DNA of 63,743 bases, filler included, from Circinaria calcarea (lineage: Eukaryota): NCBI GenBank assembly GCA_051942165.1. It is 15 parts of 15 records of this genome, joined end to end, with 100 filler letters (N's around TTAATTAATTAA, not from the genome) between each part and the next. Parts side by side here need not be neighbours in the genome. Positions count along the whole stretch, not along the records: positions 25,574 to 29,732 come from JAVECS010002435.1; positions 29,833 to 33,987 come from JAVECS010002437.1; positions 34,088 to 38,242 come from JAVECS010002438.1; 12 more parts are not named here. One strand, written 5' to 3'. Below the pieces are notes generated by a model. That model saw nothing but the letters and a program-made list of their open reading frames with translations. It ran no database searches and was not told the origin of the DNA. The position numbers were made by a program, and so were the translations under genes. Of this stretch, positions 25,474-37,408 are shown one piece after another (the first letter of the stretch is position 1; each line of letters opens with the position of its first letter).

Positions 25474-26980
25474 NNNNNNNNNNNNNNNNNNNNNNNNNNN
25501 NNNNNNNNNNNNNNNNNTTAATTAATTAANNNNNNNNNNNNNNNNNNNNNNNNNNNNNNNNNNNNNNNNNNNNATGATCTGGAGTTGGCGGATGAGGGGA
25601 GGGGAGAAGACGTGTGGGAAGTTGGGGGGGGCTGTTGGAAAGATTGAAAAACGGAGCGGCCGAGCTTAGTTAGGGCTCTTCAAGGGCTGCCGCTTTAGCG
25701 GGCGGGCTCAGTAACATAGAATTATCGGGTACGTACTCCGTACTCACGTTCATTCTTCTACTTATCAGCCCCTGTGTAGCCGTCGAAGACGGCTACACAA
25801 ATACGATACAAAAGGAAATGGAGATCTGGCTCTTGTACTCAGAATTACTACTTAAGGTGTTAGGTATTAGACAACACAGTATAGACATTCCACTTGTAGA
25901 ACAGATTCCTCCCCTCTCGCTGATGAAGGTGATGGTTTAGCTATTGCCGCGGGCGAAACATTGATAGCCAAACCCTCACTGTAACCACCTCCTATCTACT
26001 CGGCAATACTTCCAAATCTTCAAAGTATTGGACAGAAACTCACCTCGGGTCCTTTGGACACAAGGTCATTGATCCTAGCCTTTGGGCTGTCCTAGCTCGT
26101 TGCTGAGACCGAGTTTACCTATCAGTCTGCGGACTACTTCCGTGTCTCTTGACTTGTCCCTTGATTCTTCATTCTCAGTAGTGGCAACCCCTGGCTTTGC
26201 CCTAAACGGTTTCCACTTTGAACCCATACTAGTCCTAAATGACGGTGCTAGCTTCATCGTTCGAAGTCGTGGTTCGTAAGACGAGGTCCGGTGCATCTTG
26301 GGTCCAAATATCTGCGTTGAGCATGAACCTGATGGTGAAATCAGGATGTTTTGTAGCTCATATTCTTGACTTCAACAAGACCCACGCCGATTAGGTCAAT
26401 TCTTTTTCCCTTCGGCCAATCAGTAATATCGCCTCTCAAAGGGTAGAGCTTTCGATTGTACCGCGTCTTTCCAGCAACTCTACGATGCTCTTGTTGCTCG
26501 TCTTTTTTGCCAAGCTTAGTGGTGTTCGTCCCTTGGCGTCTTTCAGATTAATCTTCGCGCCATTTCCCATCAAGAATTTTACGACATCCTCGTGCCCCTG
26601 AGCCACGGCCTTATGCAGAGCACTTCCCACCTCCTGTCTCCCGGGGGTCAGTGGGTTCTTCGATGTCAATCTCGTCGATATCTGCACTTTGAATGAGCAA
26701 GGACTTGATCATATCGAGCTTGCCTTCTTTGGCAGCAGTAAAAATGGCTCCACTGCCCTTTTAGCCGTGCACCATGCTCCAACAGTAAGGTGAGCATTCA
26801 ACGGACGATTTTTCCGTAGTCGTTGCGAGAATAGTCTTGCAAAATCAACCGGGTAGAGATTAGGATTAGGCCAGTGTCAAAACTCGGTCTGTTCCAAGTT
26901 TCCACGTGTACCGGTGTTTTTAAGAACATCGCTGAATCAGATATCCACTCTCTGGGAAGCTTTCCCTTAAGCTATCCATT

Positions 26981-27138
26981 TGACGGAACGAACCGTGCAC
27001 GGTACAGGGGAGTTCGGGCACTAATCAAACTCTAATTTTGACCAATCAGTGGAGAATAAATGCGCATTTACACAATGTAATATGCGGGAGAACTAAACCC
27101 CCCACCTACTAGTATAGCGTGCACGGTCCGTTCCGTCA
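26981..27138. mobile_element. Short MITE-like element with 21-bp inverted repeats
   Basis: TGACGGAACGAACCGTGCACG (26981-27001) versus CGTGCACGGTCCGTTCCGTCA (27118-27138): 20/21 reverse-complement match. No ORF inside; ends and TSD unclear. Confidence 0.6.
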
Positions 27139-27274
27139 GAGGGACAAGGAGCTTGCACTTGGAAGCCGCGGGAGCGCAATCGGAATTGTGGAGGGGATAT
27201 GACCAGAATTAAGTCCAAATTCGAATAGCGCTACTCTTTGCTGGTCTAGTGGTTCCCTCCTCCTGTTTTCTGTA

Positions 27275-27567
27275 CTGTGGTCGGATGGGTATCAGTTGTT
27301 AGCACCAATGCTAAAACCACTAAGTTTTCTGGTTAATAGACTGATTTTACTGGTACTCCGAGAAACGGTAACCTGGGGCCACCCACTCCCATTAGGCCCG
27401 AGCCCAAAGGCTGAATCAGTGGGAGGTGATGTAGAGGCCTCTACCCACCTTATGACCCACATCCGTTTGCGTCCGCTCCACAACACTTCGTAGACAGCAG
27501 GCCTCTAGCAGCATTAAGCATTGATCTACTAGTGCCACGCTAACGACTGATACCCATCCGACCACAG
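27275..27567. mobile_element. 293-bp MITE, Tc1/mariner-type (29-bp TIRs, TA target-site duplication)
   Basis: Left TIR CTGTGGTCGGATGGGTATCAGTTGTTAGC (27275-27303); right TIR GCTAACGACTGATACCCATCCGACCACAG (27539-27567); 28/29 match. TA flanks both ends (27273-27274, 27568-27569). No transposase. Confidence 0.88.
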
Positions 27568-28371
27568 TAAGTCTCGAATGCGTGACTGTAAAGAATGCTT
27601 GTGATAACAGGGTTGGACAACGTAGCCATCTTGATCAAGGCAATACTGGATTATACTTGTTCGATCTTCCTGAGCGGCGGCTGCCATCATCGTAGGTAAT
27701 GGGGAGATATAAATTGGGATCGGTCGCTCGACAGCGCTTCAAACAACGCAATGACATCTTCCCCAAGCGGCCATCTCTGCAGGCAGTGTATAGCTCTTCA
27801 CCGAGCACTTTGCGTTCATCCATGACGACAACAGCAGTGGGTGCGGCTGAGATCGAAGTGCAGGAAGTAATTTGGAGTAGCCCGTGGAAACCAATAGGTA
27901 CCGCATAGTTTGGTATTTAGAGCTATGACGATTTTTCCACTGCAGGTTCCACGAAAAAGACCGACAGGAGAGTGGCATCAATACGGTATGTTGTGTTCAC
28001 CGTGAAATAAACTATGTCGCCGTACCTAAACAAATATCGTCAGATCGCATGACTCGCGCCGTCCTAATAGAGATGGGAGATGTAGATGTCCACTGCAAAA
28101 ATGCAAAGGCTCAAAACTAACTTCCTTCAGCAATAGAATCCTAAGCGACTAAGAGCCAACTCTCCGATCAATTTTGAGTAGTATATTCACATTATCCACT
28201 TATATATAATCGACGAATTGCTGCTGTTGAGTGCGTACGCAGATAGAATTCTTCTGTTGGTATTGTAGTGGTTGGGCGATTTTCTACCTACTTACTTTGG
28301 CTGCTTCCGGTGACCGATAAACACAATCACCCAGTAATCTTTCAACACATTACTATCCCTAGATATACCTT

Positions 28372-29348
28372 TCAATCCTTGGCGGATACTTTGCCATCTC
28401 TCTTTAGGCCCTCGTATAACGCCCAAGCTGCGAGTGTCTTGCCATCTCGTCCGCCGACTTTCCATAGCTCCTCCAATCTTGCCAACATCAAGGTAATCTT
28501 TTCCCCTTGGTTTCTCAGGCCAGTGAGTTTACCCCGCCATTCCTTCAACTGATCTCTAGGTATCCTCTTCTGCCATAGAAAGATTGGAATGAACTCGTCA
28601 CTACCTCCAGGACTGGGATACACTCCCTGCTGGAGGTGTTCTTCAGTATCATTATCTTCGAACGGTGAGAGGGCAAGCTCAGTCATGTTGATGAGCTCGG
28701 ATGCCGGAACTTCGAGACCCGTTTCTTCTGATATCTCTTTGGCTGCACCCCCCGAGAAGGTCCCGTTGTCATCCAGCATACCTGCTGGTAGCTCAGGCAT
28801 AGAAAGCAATCCGGCTGGTATGCGTGGTTGTATAGCAAGAATCACATGTTTGTCGGTTTCTGAGTAAAGTGGAGTATCATCCGGTTGTAAGATCAGCTTC
28901 ATTCACAGAAGGTGTCAGCCCGTGGAGACGAATGGGTAGGAATATATATTAATACCATCATAGCGACGCTGCCGCCCCTGAGCAAGACAGAGCCCGGTAG
29001 CTTCTCGCCATCATCATTGGAGACTTCTGCTTTGAGCTTAACGAAGCCCAGTCTTTCTCCTCCAAAGAAATCCACTGCTTGTATGTCGATTTTCTTGAGG
29101 ATATACGGCGATGAGTTGAAGGGATGGGACCTCTGCTTCTGGAGCGAGAGCGAATGCTGCAGCGTCGCTATCCAAGTTTTGAAGGCCGGAAAAGACAGCA
29201 GTTGGTCTTGGGAGAGATCCGCAGTGAGGCTAATGAAAACAGCTGGATGGCTATCGGGCAAAGTGAATGTGGACATGGTAGCCCGAAGAGAATTTCTTGA
29301 TCCTGTACAAATAAACTGCTGGGTGATCAGCCGTAATCGAAGGAACAT
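28372..29348 (-). CDS. Nudix hydrolase (NUDT14/ADP-sugar pyrophosphatase-like)
   Basis: Exon 29348-28956, intron 28955-28897, exon 28896-28372. RLGFVKLKA, LPGSVLLRGGSVAM, Nudix box ELPAGMLDDNGTFSGGAAKEISEETGL, YPSPGGSDEFI, TGLRNQGEKITL. Confidence 0.92.
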
Positions 29349-30667
29349 GTGTTGATGTAAGGTAAAGCACGGTAGAGACGTGATTTAACTAGGCTGGCCA
29401 TTGCTCCCAGATGCCACCGCTATGAGAGTAGAGAAGCAAAGTATACAATGACGTTGTGTAGCGGTAGTCGGGCCAACGTCAATGCCGAGATGCATACCAC
29501 ACTAATGCAGAGAGAGGTCTATCCTTTCTAACACCTTAGGCTTGTAGGAATTCATCTGCCACTTCATATCACAGTGGTGCTTTAGAACCCCTACCAGCAC
29601 TGTTTCCATTGCGACTTCGAACAGAAAAGTATTGGAGAGACTTGGGGTGAGCTCATACAATTTGGATCTCTAATGAAGCGGACACCCCGGACTGCCCTAG
29701 AGAGCAGCTAATGAGACAGATCGGCCTCAAACNNNNNNNNNNNNNNNNNNNNNNNNNNNNNNNNNNNNNNNNNNNNTTAATTAATTAANNNNNNNNNNNN
29801 NNNNNNNNNNNNNNNNNNNNNNNNNNNNNNNNGGAGAGAAGGGGGAAAAGATATAGGAGGAGTAGTTTGGGAGATAAGAAGTCCAACGGCCACTATTGGA
29901 TTTCCCAAAGGAAGGAAGGAAGAGCGGGAAAAAAGGGGGGGGAGGAGGTTCCTGGGGGCTAGGCGTGGGAAAAAATGTGGTGGGCAAGTTAGGGACTGAG
30001 CCATTAAACCTGCGCTGTGGATCGATATGGTGGTGGTAGGGCTATTTGTCTCGCCGTACTTACCTCGTCCAGTCCAGCGGTACAGCAAAGGTATCACCCA
30101 AGACGGGGGTTAGGAATGACTAGTGTGTCAAAGACTCCCAAGGCGTTTGCGTAAACTCGTACACGAACGGGAAAAAAGCTTTGCTGAGGAAAGAGCCTAT
30201 TGGTCATCTTCTGCCGATGTGGATACCTCTAGCTAGTGCGTTGCGGGTGTGTTTTTGACGATGGTATTTCTGTAGAAGGTCGATTGTAAGATAGGAGCGC
30301 TCGGTTCTATGCTGCAGGGTGAATATCCGAAGGAGAGGACCATTGCAGTGATGGGTTATACAGGTGGTATATGGAGACTGGAACAACGAATGTGTTCTGG
30401 TAAAGAGTGATCTCGGGCCGTTTTGACTTTTAGTCCGTTCGCTGAATTCCGCCTATACAAAGCAAGCTAATCCGCCATTGCCGTGAAATGAAACCTAGGA
30501 GTTGTATGACGCGTGTGGAGGTTTAATAAATATAGGACACGCTAATTGATAGGAATAAAAATCTTCCCGCTGTAATACCCAAAGTGAAAGGTGAATCCGA
30601 GAACAAGACTCTTTGCAAATATCCTGAAAACATCCAGACCGCCGAAATCGTCAGGGAAGAATTAACA

Positions 30668-31322
30668 TCAGGCATTGGCATTCAAAATGGAGCCTTGGCC
30701 GACTTGGGTAGTGCCACTAAATATTTTGAAGGTCACAGTACCGAACTGGTGCCGGATCAAATAGTTTAACAACGTCGTGATGGCGGTGTCCATATGGGCC
30801 CAAGTCAAGGTACCCTCGGCGGCGGTCGCCATGTGCAGCAAGAGACCGTCGGGTCCTCGAAAGTTGAGAACCCCACTGGCAACAGGTCTATTGCCGTATT
30901 CATGCAGAGTATGTATCACAAAATGTGACGCGGCTCGGCAAAGTATTGAGACAGCCGTTCCATGAATAACCCGCTGGAAGTTGAGCTCCAGGTAAGTGGA
31001 GCTGTCCTGGACACACCAGCGTACAGTTTCCTCCACGAAAGGTTTACGGGGAATCAGGTCGGCGGAGTGGAACCTACGGGGAGCCACGTTGGACACCCTA
31101 ATCACGGTAGGATACAGATTAGCAACTCTTGGTGTGTTCGCCCTAGCAGGCTAATGAGAAAGACCACTGTACGTACGTCCCTGCTATCACGGCAGGAGCA
31201 TTGTCACACGTTGCCCGACCCGAGGAGTCTGATGTACGTTTATCTAAGAGTCCAGGAGATGGAATTGCTAAGCTCAACACATTGAAAAGTGAAAAGCCAA
31301 CAATCAACGGAGTGATCTTCAT
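30668..31322 (-). CDS. Small secreted protein of unknown function (191 aa, 2 exons)
   Basis: Exon 31322-31177 (MKITPLIVGFSLFNVLSLAIPSPGLLDKR: signal peptide plus dibasic site), intron GTACGT..TAG, exon 31097-30668 ending LTWAHMDTAITTLLNYLIRHQFGTVTFKIFSGTTQVGQGSI. Confidence 0.82.
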
Positions 31323-33469
31323 TGTGTCACAAGCTTCGCAGGCAGATACAAGCAGATATTGGAAGTAAAGGAAGCCTAACGATCAAAGAGAACGTCGACC
31401 ATATTTAACATCACCCCGAGCCCTTTTAGTAACTTGCCCAGAGGCACAAAAGGACTCACATTACCTGAGACACAGCAAGAAAAATCTGCCATGATCGAGG
31501 CGCGCAAATTGATGGACGGTAGAAGAGATGGCTCCAAACGAATTCAGGCCGAGAACACGTTGGTAGATGGCACCGAACAGTACTCGCGATATAAGTGTTG
31601 GAAGGGCGTGAGGAAGTGGGGTGTTTCATGCTTTGTGGAGTTCTAGATCCCGAGCTAGCCGACACAAACCTTGAGTTTGCCGCGTCTCTAGTGTTTATGC
31701 GCCAGGGCTCGGCCTGAGACTGAACTTTATACCGATCGAAAGGTGGAGCAGGGTTAAATGCGATCCACGCTGAAGACTTTGTCCTAGAATGGGTCAAAGG
31801 TCGAACTTAAACTGATTGTTGTTTCGCAAGTTTTCAGACGTGTGGCGCTAAGCCCCGGGTTGCTTAGCCCAGGGCTGCTTACTAAGTAGGCAGACCCTTA
31901 CCTCGAGACCTGTCAGTAAGCTCGGATCGGCCGCTACGAACTCAACGACACACGTCTGAGAATTACCTACTGTAAGGCAACTGCATGAACACTTTGCTGA
32001 AGTATAGGACCGATGGTCTTTTTTCCCAACCAATCTGCCTCTTCCTCGCCCGCCTCTTCGCTTAACAGAACCATAAACACTGCAGTCACAAACGACTGAT
32101 GCTATTTAGCCGGTAGCCCTGCCGTTGGCGAGGTTAATGTTGGCATCCGCGTTATGTTCCCATGGAAACTCGCGGAACAGCTCGAAGCTACCGATGACCT
32201 CCAGCCCTTGAGATTTGCATCGTCTCGTGTGTGTGAGTATTCTACCCCCAAACGGAAGCCTGAAGCCTGAAGCCAGAAGCGAGCCTAGCTTTTGCCTGCT
32301 TTTCCTGCCTGGACCGTACTGAGCAAAGGTGTCGTTCAGCAAGCAGTACTTACTTCGAGCCGGAGGCAAGCCTCAGCTGAAATGTGACCATATAGCTCAA
32401 TGGTATGATGAATAGCAGCCTACTATCATAGTGCAGCGGAGCGAGCCAGGCCGTTAATGCCATAGCAACACGGCATGTTCAGCATCCTCCAAACGCTCTT
32501 CTAACTACTCCTCCAAGGGGAGCACAAGCAGTCAGAAGGTATGGAAGAGCCCGAAGCTCGCTGTCTAGCTCCTTTTCTGGTCTTGTAAACGCATTCGGGC
32601 CTACTTTGTTGACAAGCTTTGCATGCAGTAATTGAAGGTCCTGATTGCATATAACCCTGAGTAATAGCCCGAGTGCCTAAGTCAATCCTAGCCATCGTTG
32701 TGCCAAGAATTACCCAGTCGAAAACGGTCTCGGAAATCACAACCACCTTCAAAGGGGCGAATGGCAAATGCCCAAAAGTATGGCCTGCATAAAGCCGTAG
32801 TTGCGGTATGTAGTAAGTGTCGACTCCAAGGGAGATATTTTGCCTCTCCGACTTTTCACGAGCTGTTAGTAAGGTAGCTAGTCCCTATAGAGCTAGGCAT
32901 AGCGTGCTCGACCTATGTAAGTACCTGCCATATCGCACCGTATGCCTGCACTTCTAAGCTCCACCGTGTTATGGATGGAAGAGAACTGAGTTGATATGGG
33001 ATTCGTAGTGGGGCTGTAGGAAGCCTATTCCAGTTTGTGACAGTGAATCTTGAAAATCAAATGTGCGAAGGTCGTCACTGGGTGTTCTTGGTTAGTAAGT
33101 ATTTATCTGTCCGGTTCCACGCCACGCTAGAGATCAATTGTGAAAAGTGGATGAGTAGGGGCAGAGAGCCGGTAGGGCTGAGATGCTGGCAAGGGTGCAT
33201 GAAGCATCTGAAAGAGCTGTATTCTAGACCAGAAGTCTCTACCCGAACCCATTAACTTTTTTATTTCATAGCTAGCTAGAAAAGCTTATAGTCTAGAGTA
33301 ATTCTGGCCAACACATTCTCCTATAACCCGTATAGATACAGCCAGTATGTGCATCCATCCTTGAACTCCCATCATAATCGCCGTTGGGAGTCGCTTAAAT
33401 GCTGTAAGAGGTGAGGTGGCCAGCATGCATGCTGCAAAGCAATGCAAAGCAGACACGATAACAGAACGA

Positions 33470-33987
33470 TCATGGTTCACCCAAAAGCCTTGCAGTGATG
33501 TCCCCAATATAGGCCTCCTCCAACTCGTAGTCCTCCCCACCATTGGGGTCAATCCCAACGTAGTCGAAGGCTGCCACCACCCGGTCGAGGTCGAACCCCA
33601 TCGTTACGAATCGATTAATCATGTCCTCATTATAGCCGCCGTATCTGCCGGCCGGTACGTCAGTACCGGATTAATATAGGGGTAATGAAAACGTACTGAG
33701 CGACCCTTTCCGCCTCCTCCTGCTCCTTTGATTTCTTCTGCCTTTGCTTTATCGTCTCCGCCGAAGCTCCCCCACTGTTTTCGCCTCTCTCCTTCTTGGG
33801 TGCACCGGCATATTTCACCGCCCATTCCTGGGCAACTCTATCAAACTCCTTGGGATTCCGCATGAGCATACCTGCTACTTCGGCGTCTTGTGGGTCTTTC
33901 GGTTCGGGGGTGCTAAGAAGTGATTGGAGGGATAGGAGGGCGGATTTGATCGTCAAGACAGGAGACCAGGCGGAAGAGAGAGTGTCA
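33470..33987 (-). CDS. UBC1: Ubiquitin-conjugating enzyme E2 Ubc1/UBE2K with C-terminal UBA-like domain (5' truncated)
   Basis: DTLSSAWSPVLTIKSALLSLQSLLSTPEPKDPQDAEVA; intron 33696-33645; last exon YGGYNEDMINRFVTMGFDLDRVVAAF..ITARLLGEP*. Confidence 0.92.
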
Positions 33988-34087
33988 NNNNNNNNNNNNN
34001 NNNNNNNNNNNNNNNNNNNNNNNNNNNNNNNTTAATTAATTAANNNNNNNNNNNNNNNNNNNNNNNNNNNNNNNNNNNNNNNNNNNN

Positions 34088-35073
34088 ATCATCATCGCAA
34101 TTCGCATTTGCAAAAGAGGTATCAGGAACACGAAGAGAGTGGGACGAAAGTTGAATCTTGCGAGTAAGAAGATGGCCATGTACGAAGTGAGCTCGGAGAA
34201 AAAGCACTTGGCCGCCAATGTTCGTTTACCGGTCCGGAGGAAATAGAGAGGCAGTTCAATCCAGATGAATCCGAGGAACCGACCAACGTACATCAGGAAA
34301 TCCTTAAGCTCATCACGCTGATACCGGATGGTGGACGACAAATCGTCCGGGCCGTTGCTCTCCACATGGTGATGCTTCACATGATGGTAGTAGTAAGAGT
34401 CCCAGGTATGGCCCATAAGCGGCTCCAAGACGTAGGGGAAGGTCTTGTCGAACCACGCGTACTTTTTCGCTAAGATGCCGTTGTTGTGGATGTGATTGTG
34501 GAGCATCAAGGTGAATGGTCCACAGAACCATGCTTGCATCAGCCAATGGCAAACAGCATGAATCCAAGAAAAAGAATGGTAGAGGTAGATGGCGCTTGGC
34601 ACGGATGTCGTGAGATAAAGGATGATGTGAGTAAGGAAAACAACATCGGTAGGTCTTCGAACAATCCCCGAAGCTCTGGCGATGTATGGTTGCAAAAGAT
34701 ACCAATCCAGTCGTTGAACCAATGGAGCTGCCTTTGCATTGAGTAGCTGATGAAAGGTTGAAGGGTCCTTAGGGGAGTCGACCGTGTGTATGGTGTAATC
34801 ATTTGAGCCGGCAGCAGAAACCTTGGTATCATCGGCCGAGCTCGACGTTGACTTCTCCTCCGAGACGACAGCTTGTGGCACTGAAGAAGTCTTCACGTCC
34901 CAGGTGGTAAAGACTGTAGACTGGAATCCCTTGCTGGTAACATCGTTGAGAGCTACCAGCAATTGGATTGCGGCTTGGTCTAGATCGTAGGATGCGTCGT
35001 TGCCCGTCTCCCGGAGTAGATTCGTCAACACTATAGTATCAGGTTGCGTCAGAAAGGGATGTATAGAATTCAT
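34088..35073 (-). CDS. Fatty acid desaturase-domain membrane protein (3' truncated)
   Basis: His boxes LMLHNHIH and YYHHVKHHH flanked by hydrophobic helices; DDLSSTIRYQRD. Confidence 0.82.
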
Positions 35074-36489
35074 TGTGCAGGTGATACCTTTGAAAGGGTG
35101 CTATCAGAAGGCGTACCTTCATAGAAAGGAAGTCAGATTAGATTCTCTGGGCCGGGATCTGCAAAGGCCGAGCTAACAGTGACTAGGTAGCCGGAAAGGA
35201 CGGGCTCGATTGAGCATCCTGGCAAGGTGGACCGGGTGATGATCATGGCTTGCTATCGCGGGACACCACAAACGGCAGCTGCAACCTTGAAGCTAGCGCT
35301 TTCAACGTCGTGCTTTGCCTTCGCGAATGCTATCTTTTCCATGGTGGTTTTTCCAGCTGGTTGTTACCAAGTGCCAGCACGGGGTGCTCCTTGTCCATGC
35401 CCCCAGGACATCAATTCAAACTTCTCCAAAGTCCAGACCATCCGAAGTTTTGGATCCAATGCAGGGCCCAAAAAGCAGGTACCCGAGACAACCAATGGTA
35501 GGACAGCTTGGCGCTGACAGAATCTTCGCTTATCTGCAAACCCTATTGACAATTGGGATCAAATGTTAATTCTTATATGAATAGAATATCTATCGATTAC
35601 GATGTTTGAAGGAGGTAAGAATGGTGTATAAAAGACAATGTGATTTGTGGCATTTCGGTGATTTTTGCAAGGAGTTTGTTATATACGGGAGGCCGGCACC
35701 GATACCTTGAGCTTGATATCGTAAAGTCCAGGTGGCAGGCATACTATACTCATGCGGAAGTCGTTGTACATTTAAAATGGAGCTATATAAAACTGGGCGG
35801 GGGGTCTCCTTCCACACACACAGGTATCTACAGGCTGTGGACACTGGTTGTTCGGCTCCTGCAAGGCCTCCTGCTATAGCAGAACATATCACTAAAAATA
35901 GTGCGTTACTAAATCATGACCTAAGGAGCTCACAATACTCTTAAGCCTGTTAAACAACATGTACTGAGCTTGCTTCTCAGCCTGATCGGGACTTCCCATG
36001 GAGAATATCTAGGCAGCAAGGCGAGCAAGAGACCTGCGAAGGCCGAGCTCGGTAGCTGTGTTCAAGGAATTAGCTTAGCTGTAGAAACTCAACAAGCAGC
36101 TTCGGAGACTCCGATATTCATTCAGTGAAACCTCAGAGTATTATATCAGACTCACAACCCCGGATATAGGGAAAACGGATTTGGAGTTGGCAATGTCCTG
36201 GAATTGGCGGCTTCCAGATCCTTTCAATTGGGCGACATTGCGAGAGAATAAGAGAAATGCGGATTAAACATTCCAGAATATTTGAACACCATGGTGGCAT
36301 GGAGTAGATACACCAGTACTTTATTCTGCTCTACAAGGCGTAGCAAGAATTTCCAGAACGAGAGCTTACTGAACATGGTAGAGGTGAGAACGAGAATGAG
36401 GCAATAAGTTTCAAGTTCTGCGAAATTCACGATCTGCTCCGGAGAGAGAGCTAGTATGTGTGCCCGTCTCCTCTCTCCCCCCTTAACCC

Positions 36490-36753
36490 TTACCGTCCCC
36501 TCCCCGCATCCTCGATCCCCTTCGCAACCCTCCTGGTTCCATCCTCGATTCCGGTCGCCAAACTCGCAATGCCATCCCCCACCGGCGCGCCCGTCTTCCC
36601 CGTCACATTTGTGATCGTCTCGCCCACGCCCCTGCCGCCGGCTCCGACGACGCCACCGATCGTCTTAGCGACGCCGCCGACGGTGTTGCCAAGGGTGCTG
36701 GTGACAAAAGTGGTGCCTTTGGTGAGGCCCGAGTCGTTGCTGGTGAGGGGCAT
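36490..36753 (-). CDS. Small Gly/Thr-rich hypothetical protein (87 aa)
   Basis: GC-rich coding-like island in more AT-rich flanks, ACCATG start, repeating amphipathic G-x-x-V-G-G units (TLGNTVGGVAKTIGGVVGAGGRGVGETI). Confidence 0.7.
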   Translation of the reverse strand: MPLTSNDSGLTKGTTFVTSTLGNTVGGVAKTIGGVVGAGGRGVGETITNVTGKTGAPVGDGIASLATGIEDGTRRVAKGIEDAGRGR

Positions 36754-37408
36754 GGTTTCCGAGTGGGTAGGCGGAGATGGGAGGCGTCTAGTTTCGAGAT
36801 TTGGAGGTTAACTAAGGGATTATTTCTATGCTTGTGATAAGAGTAGGCGATTCGATCTCTGCCGCTTACAAGTAAGATAGATGGATGAGGAATAAGAAGA
36901 ATTGTAAATCTGTCAGAATTCGACACTAGCGACCCCTGTTGAGCAAGGATACCATGTTTTGTATTGAAATTTATATAATGGCTGGGGTTATAATTCTGGT
37001 GGCTAATACGCCTTATATATAGAACCCAACCACCTCCATAGTCAAATACCATACCTTTTGACAAAGTCTTGAGTCTTCTGTTGGAGAGCGGAAACCCTCC
37101 CATGTACTGTTCTTGTGCCACTCAATCGGATGGAAATACACCCACACCTCTTGCAAAAAGTCAAAGCACCTATCTAATGGGTTAAAATGGTAGATAGCAA
37201 ACAATCACAATAAGACATCATGTATGGATTGTCCTCAGGTTTTTAATTGAGGTTCTCTGCCATTTCATTCTCGTGGGTATACCATTAGTATATCTACATA
37301 ATGCTTAGCGAGCACCGCGATCGCTTGCATGTGTCTAGCAACTAGTTCTTTGAACGAAGGGATCATTCATCGTTGCTCATGCACAAACCCTTTGGCTTAG
37401 AGCTTCTC

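Larger units (their letters stand above)
26436..27823 (-). pseudogene. Ankyrin-repeat protein pseudogene split by insertions
   Basis: 5' part 27823-27570 (MDERKVLGEELYTACRDG..IIQYCLDQ..HAFETY) and 3' part about 26945-26436 (LLLEHGARLK-GSGAIFTAAKEGKLDMIKSLL, GSALHKAVAQGHEDVVKFLMGNGAKINLKDAKGRTPL), with several frameshifts and stops and about 620 bp of non-coding insert between. Confidence 0.82.

Noticed and set aside
32386..32480. tRNA-like start (TAGCTCAATGGTA)
   Set aside because: No T-loop GTTCRA at a suitable distance and no acceptor-stem complement.
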